Shown in pieces: positions 59,232 to 64,000 of a stretch of 64,000 nt of DNA (its first letter is position 1; every line of letters begins with the position of its first letter). Made by a program: the position numbers and the translations under genes. The notes beneath the pieces are model-generated. The model saw only the letters and a list, made by a program, of their open reading frames with translations. It searched no databases and had not been told where the DNA came from. Source of the DNA: Candidatus Omnitrophota bacterium (lineage in GTDB: Bacteria; Omnitrophota; Gorgyraeia; 2-02-FULL-51-18); contig CAMDWQ010000008.1 of assembly GCA_945877765.1 (NCBI GenBank), positions 13,774-77,773 of the forward strand, read 5' to 3'.

Positions 59232-59340
59232 CCTCACCCCAAGTTAATCGATATACAAATTCCTGAAAATAATCCTGACGAAAAGTAGGTTCTCTGTCGT
59301 CCTGTAGAGTAGATATGGAGGACTATATAATATGGCTAGA
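59232..59340 (+). promoter_or_regulatory. Repeated module, copy 2: TGACGA-N16-CGTC plus GGAGG RBS
   Basis: Colinear similarity to 5388-5490. Confidence 0.5.
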
Positions 59341-59369
59341 AATATGTATAAAAGTATGGTATTATTTCC

Positions 59370-59651
59370 ATGGAAGTAGTATCAGGTAGTTTTTGTTGGG
59401 ATGAATTCAAAGAGGACCAGAATATCTTGAAGCATGATGTTTGTTTTATCGCGGCTTCGAAAGCATTTTTCGACCCAAGTTGTTCGGTATTCAAAGATGA
59501 TGCGCATAGTTCGGTAGAAGAAAGATGGTTTTGTATTGGGATGGTCGATGGCAGGCCGATGACCGTTCGGTTTACTTATCGCGACCAGAGGATTCGTATT
59601 ATTGGAGCAGGCTACTGGAGAAGCAGAAGGAGGTATTATTATGAAAAATGA
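59370..59651 (+). CDS. BrnT family toxin
   Basis: F.WDE.K...N..KH.V.F..A...F.D, HS..EERW..IG, TVRFT.R...IRIIGA. Confidence 0.9.
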   Translation: MEVVSGSFCWDEFKEDQNILKHDVCFIAASKAFFDPSCSVFKDDAHSSVEERWFCIGMVDGRPMTVRFTYRDQRIRIIGAGYWRSRRRYYYEK

Positions 59652-59886
59652 AATTTTTGATGAGAATATGCCCCATGGGAAGCTTACGAGGGTTGAGAAT
59701 TTTTTGCCGCCGCCGAGTGAATTGATCATGCCTGAACAGCCGGTGAAAGTCACGATGATACTGAATAAACCCATCGTTGATTTCTTTAAACAGCAGGCGC
59801 ATCGGCATCACACCAAATATCAGCGGATGATACGTGAAGTGCTTGGGCAATATATGAATCAATACAAAGATCCGAAGGCAGCCTAA
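59641..59886 (+). CDS. BrnA/CopG-like antitoxin
   Basis: FLPPPSEL, KVTM.L....VDFFK..A......YQRMIR; overlaps the toxin. Confidence 0.85.
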   Translation: MKNEIFDENMPHGKLTRVENFLPPPSELIMPEQPVKVTMILNKPIVDFFKQQAHRHHTKYQRMIREVLGQYMNQYKDPKAA

Positions 59887-60320
59887 TGCCAAAGCTTCGT
59901 TTAAAGATAAATTCGTTGAACGACAAATGGCACGACAGGGATGAGATTCTTCTCCACGCGTCATTTCAGATACTTGCTGACTTTATGGAGAAAGAGAAGC
60001 CTGGTAAGATCATTGACTGGAGCCACTATAAATTACACCGCCAGACTTGGAAAGAAATGAATTCTCTTTATTCTTGGTGGAAAAAAGAGAGGCCAAGCAG
60101 AAAAGATCCGATAGATGACAAAAGGGTGATTCACCCGCCATTTAAAACTGAGAAGAAAGAGGGAGAAAATTTTTCGCGTATGGTTGTGCCGGATAAGAAA
60201 AAATATGCCGCTTATTATCGGGCGCTAAAACGGTCTTGGAGGGTTGAAGACAAATGGAATGAAGAAGATCAGAAGAATTTGCATCGACTTATCCAGATTA
60301 GACATTTTTTGTGGACTTGA
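59886..60320 (+). CDS. Hypothetical Trp-rich basic protein coupled to brnA
   Basis: TAATG overlap with the brnA stop; 144-aa open frame. Confidence 0.7.
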   Translation: MPKLRLKINSLNDKWHDRDEILLHASFQILADFMEKEKPGKIIDWSHYKLHRQTWKEMNSLYSWWKKERPSRKDPIDDKRVIHPPFKTEKKEGENFSRMVVPDKKKYAAYYRALKRSWRVEDKWNEEDQKNLHRLIQIRHFLWT

Positions 60321-60386
60321 TAGGATTGCGGTATAATCACTGCTCACGACATATTGTGCCACGGTATTTGTAAGATGTTAAAATTA

Positions 60387-60427
60387 AGATTTCTCGACTC
60401 GGGCCATTGCCCTCGCTCGAAATGACA
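60387..60427. repeat. Half REP-like element ending in TGAC
   Basis: AGATTTCTCGACTC-GGGC..GCCC-TCGCTCGAAATGACA, same AATGACA terminus as the 56129 element. Confidence 0.55.
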
Positions 60428-60442
60428 GATAAAAGGAGTGTT

Positions 60443-60934
60443 ATGGCAAAAAAATTAAAATCCAAAACTGTGGGTCCCAAGGTTGATCCGTATTTAGACG
60501 GTCTGTTCACCAAGCTATTGGAGCGGTTGACGAGCCTCGATAGAAAAATGGATTCTCTGATTTCTCGGTCTTCGGTCAAACATCCGCAGAACGGTAATAA
60601 TCCATCGGTCCCAGTTTCGCCTGCACCAGTTCAGCCGCCGGCGCGCAAGGAGAGGACTTTGTACGAAGCCATCTGTGCGGATTGCAGTAAAGTTTGTGAG
60701 GTTCCCTTTAGGCCTGTCGAGGGTCGTGCGGTTTATTGTAAAGAGTGTTTCGGGAAACGTAAAAACGGCGGCAATCGTCCAGGTATGCCAATTTTGACGC
60801 CGGCAATGGCGTCTCCTAAGCCGGTCAGCAAGCTTGGTCTGGCACCAGCGACACCTGCTCCAGCGCAAGAGGATTCCAAGAAAGCCAAAAAGAGCGCTCC
60901 GGAAAAAAAGGCAAATAAAAAAAAGAAGAAGTAG
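60443..60934 (+). CDS. CxxC-x17-CxxC domain protein
   Basis: LYEAICADCSKVCEVPFRPVEGRAVYCKECF; AGGAG RBS before ATG 60443. Confidence 0.9.
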   Translation: MAKKLKSKTVGPKVDPYLDGLFTKLLERLTSLDRKMDSLISRSSVKHPQNGNNPSVPVSPAPVQPPARKERTLYEAICADCSKVCEVPFRPVEGRAVYCKECFGKRKNGGNRPGMPILTPAMASPKPVSKLGLAPATPAPAQEDSKKAKKSAPEKKANKKKKK

Positions 60935-60989
60935 TCTCTGGCGGACATTGTTTGCCTAAATCGCGGTAAATCCTTAGAATAGCAACAGC

Positions 60990-63900
60990 ATGAAGCCATC
61001 ATTTACTCATTTACACGTTCACACCAAATATAGCCTACTGGATGCCGTTTGCCACATCGAAGATCTTGTCGAAGAGGCGAAAGCGTTTGGGATGCCGTCG
61101 ATTGCGATCACGGACAATGGCAATATGTTTGGGGTGGTTGAGTTTTACAGCGCTTGCAAAAAAGCGGGGATTAAGCCCATCATTGGCGCCGAGGTGTATG
61201 TCGCGCCGGAGAATCGTTTTGAGCGCGCGACCCACGGTCTTCAGGGCGCTTCCTATCCGATGGTGCTTCTCTGTGAAAATGACCTGGGCTATTACAACCT
61301 TGTCCAGCTGGTCAGTATTGGATTTTTGGAAGGATTCTACTACAAGCCGCGCGTCGACAAAGAAATGCTTCGCAAATATTCCAAGGGCTTGATCGCTCTC
61401 TCCGGGCCTCTCCGCGGAGAGATTCCCCACAATCTTAATTTGGGTCAGCCCGACAAAGCCACCAAAGCGGCGCTGGAGCTCCAAGAAATTTTTGGCAAAG
61501 AAAATTTTTACCTAGAAATTATTCATAGCGGCCTGCGAGAGCAAGAAAAAGCCAATGAGGAGATGATCAAACTCTCCAAAAAATTAGACATCCCCCTGAT
61601 CGCCGCAAATGATGTGCACTATTTAAAGCGTGAATACGCTCGTGCCCACGAGGTGATTACCTGTATTCAGTCGCAGCATACACTGGACGACCCTAAAAGA
61701 TTTCGTTTAAACACCGATGAATTTTATTTTAAAAGTCCCGAAGAGATGATTCGTAGTTATAAAGATACTCCCGAAGCTATTGAAAATGCGGTAAAAGTGG
61801 CGGAGCGCTGCAAGGTAGAATTTGATTTTACCAAGACCCATGTGCCGATTTTTGAGCCGCCTCCAGGAAAGACCCGCGAGGATTATTTTTGGGAATTGAT
61901 CCAAGCGGGTCTGGCCGAGCGCTATCCCCAGATCACCGATGTGATCAAAAAACGCGTCGAGCATGAATTTGAAGTCATCAAAAAAAGCGGTTATGTCAGC
62001 TATTTTCTCATCGTTTGGGATTTTGTGCATTTTGCCAAAAAAAGCGGGATCCCGGTGGGACCCGGCCGCGGATCTGCTGCGGGAAGTGTGATTAGTTACG
62101 CGCTGGGCATCACCGACATCGATCCTTTGCCTTACGATCTTCTGTTTGAGCGCTTCTTAAATCCTGAGCGTGTTACCATGCCGGATATCGATATTGATTT
62201 TTGCTATGAACGGCGCGATGACGTGATCAAGTATGTCACGGATAAATATTCTTCCGACAACGTGGCACAGATCATTACGTTCGGGACGATGATGGCCAAG
62301 GCCGTGATTCGCGATGTGGGGCGTGTGATGAATATGCCTTACTCCGAAGTGGACAGGATCGCTAAGCTGATTCCCACAGAGCTTGAAATTACCATCGAAA
62401 TGGCTCTTGAAAAAGAACCGGAGCTAAAAGCACTTTACAAAACCAATCCTCAGATAACTGAATTGATTAACACCTCCCAGATCCTGGAGGGAATGGCGCG
62501 TCACGCCTCAACGCATGCCGCCGGGGTCGTCATCAGCCAGAAACCATTGCGGGAACACGTGCCGCTCTACAAGACGGCCGACGGCGATATTTCGACGCAA
62601 TTTGGGATGGAGTCGCTGGAAAAGATAGGCCTTCTCAAAATGGATTTCCTGGGCCTGCGCACACTGACCGTCATTGACGACACGCTAAAAATTATTAAGC
62701 GCATCCAAAAAAAAGAGATTCGCTGGCGCGATATCCCGCTGGATGATAAAAAAACTTTTGACTACTTATGCAAAGCGCAGTCGATCGGCGTGTTTCAGCT
62801 GGAAAGCTCAGGGATGCGTGACATTTTAAAAAAATTGAGGCCGGATAAATTTGAGGATTTGATCGCGATCTTAGCGCTTTACCGGCCGGGCCCCATCGGC
62901 TCGGGCATGGTGGATGATTTTATCAAGAGGAAACATGGCGTTGTTCCGATCGTGTATGACCACCCGCTTTTAGAGCCTATTCTCAAAGACACTTACGGCA
63001 TTATCGTCTTCCAAGAACAGATCATGAAGATTGTGAACATCTTAGCCGGCTTCTCTCTGGGCAAATCCGATTCGTTGCGCCGCGCGATCTCCAAGAAGAA
63101 AGAAGATATCATGCTCGAAGCGCGCAAGGATTTCGTCGAGGGCTGCGCCAAAAACAAGATCGATACGAAGATCGCCGACAAAATATTTAATTTCATTGTC
63201 CACTTTGCCGGTTATGGTTTTAACAAATCTCACTCTGCCGCGTACGCGATGATTTCCTATCAGACCGCTTATTTAAAAGCCAACTATTCAGTCGAATTTA
63301 TGACAGCACTTCTCTCCTCGGAAAAAGACAACACCGATAAGGTCGTGTTGTATATTGACGAAGCTAAGCGTATGGGGCTTCAGGTACTGCCGCCGGATGT
63401 GAATGAAAGCTTTCCGCAGTTTACCGTAGTGGGAGCTGACACCATCCGTTTTGGTCTGTCGGCCGTAAAGAACGTGGGGCAGGCCGCCATTGACGCCATT
63501 ATTCAGGGCCGTATCAAACAGAACCGCTTCAAATCTTTTTATGATCTGACTGAAAGCGTGGATCTACGTGTGGTCAACCGCAAAGTGCTTGAAAGTCTGA
63601 TCAAATGCGGGGCATTTGACACGATGGGAATTTTTCGCTCGAGATTGTTTGAGGGTCTTGACCGGGCCTTAAGTCGTGCCGGCCAATCCCAGAAGGATAA
63701 ATCCAGCGGACAAATTTCATTTTTTGATTCTTTTGACCAGGCTAAGAGCCCTGACGGAGCCGACGATATGCCTGATATCCCGGAGTGGGAGGAGAGTGTT
63801 CGCTTAATCAATGAAAAGGAAATGCTCGGGTTTTATGTCACGGGTCATCCATTGGACCGCTACCGCAAAGAACTTAAAAGTTACTCGACCGTCAACTCTG

Positions 63901-64000
63901 CGACGATCGCTAACCGGCGCGATCAGGAAGAAGTCACAATCGGCGGCTTGGTGAGCAAGCTTAAACTGACTCAGACAAAAAAGAACAACGAACGTATGGC
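60990..64000 (+). CDS. dnaE: DNA polymerase III alpha subunit (runs off the window)
   Basis: Manual translation MKPSFTHLHVHTKYSLLD; GPGRGSAAGS, FERFLNPER..MPDIDIDF, KMDFLGL, YGFNKSHS. Absent from the track because no stop lies in the window. Confidence 0.98.
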   Translation, partial: MKPSFTHLHVHTKYSLLDAVCHIEDLVEEAKAFGMPSIAITDNGNMFGVVEFYSACKKAGIKPIIGAEVYVAPENRFERATHGLQGASYPMVLLCENDLGYYNLVQLVSIGFLEGFYYKPRVDKEMLRKYSKGLIALSGPLRGEIPHNLNLGQPDKATKAALELQEIFGKENFYLEIIHSGLREQEKANEEMIKLSKKLDIPLIAANDVHYLKREYARAHEVITCIQSQHTLDDPKRFRLNTDEFYFKSPEEMIRSYKDTPEAIENAVKVAERCKVEFDFTKTHVPIFEPPPGKTREDYFWELIQAGLAERYPQITDVIKKRVEHEFEVIKKSGYVSYFLIVWDFVHFAKKSGIPVGPGRGSAAGSVISYALGITDIDPLPYDLLFERFLNPERVTMPDIDIDFCYERRDDVIKYVTDKYSSDNVAQIITFGTMMAKAVIRDVGRVMNMPYSEVDRIAKLIPTELEITIEMALEKEPELKALYKTNPQITELINTSQILEGMARHASTHAAGVVISQKPLREHVPLYKTADGDISTQFGMESLEKIGLLKMDFLGLRTLTVIDDTLKIIKRIQKKEIRWRDIPLDDKKTFDYLCKAQSIGVFQLESSGMRDILKKLRPDKFEDLIAILALYRPGPIGSGMVDDFIKRKHGVVPIVYDHPLLEPILKDTYGIIVFQEQIMKIVNILAGFSLGKSDSLRRAISKKKEDIMLEARKDFVEGCAKNKIDTKIADKIFNFIVHFAGYGFNKSHSAAYAMISYQTAYLKANYSVEFMTALLSSEKDNTDKVVLYIDEAKRMGLQVLPPDVNESFPQFTVVGADTIRFGLSAVKNVGQAAIDAIIQGRIKQNRFKSFYDLTESVDLRVVNRKVLESLIKCGAFDTMGIFRSRLFEGLDRALSRAGQSQKDKSSGQISFFDSFDQAKSPDGADDMPDIPEWEESVRLINEKEMLGFYVTGHPLDRYRKELKSYSTVNSATIANRRDQEEVTIGGLVSKLKLTQTKKNNERM

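Overview
A 64-kb bacterial chromosomal window from a diderm (LptD-like and beta-barrel genes). Gene content and style suggest a PVC-type lineage such as Omnitrophota, but that is inference only. Almost every gene is on the + strand. The housekeeping backbone runs hrcA(partial)-grpE-dnaK-dnaJ, accD, an orphan sugar ABC ATPase, two GAF-GGDEF cyclases, ROK kinase, lptD-like, nucleotide-sugar genes (ugd, rfbABD, rfbC), tal/pgi, rnd, gatCAB, tsaD, polA, glgA, coaE, rho, rpmE-prfA-prmC-murA, rpsP-trmD-rplS-rnhB, guaA and dnaE(partial). Three accessory patches (about 4.1-6.3 kb, 23.2-32.2 kb, 57.8-60.3 kb) carry four toxin-antitoxin systems, a DUF4145-like gene, two ATPase-nuclease genes and a beta-barrel/NHL-propeller pair. 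The most striking unexplained signal is non-coding. A ~177-nt multi-stem repeat occurs three times with clear compensatory base changes. At two loci 54 kb apart it is followed by the same ~110-nt ECF-like promoter/RBS module and then a different TA cassette. Several other palindromic element families are present, and at least two are inserted in frame inside genes. No integrase, transposase, tRNA, rRNA or CRISPR array was seen. All calls come from reading the sequence by eye; no searches were run.
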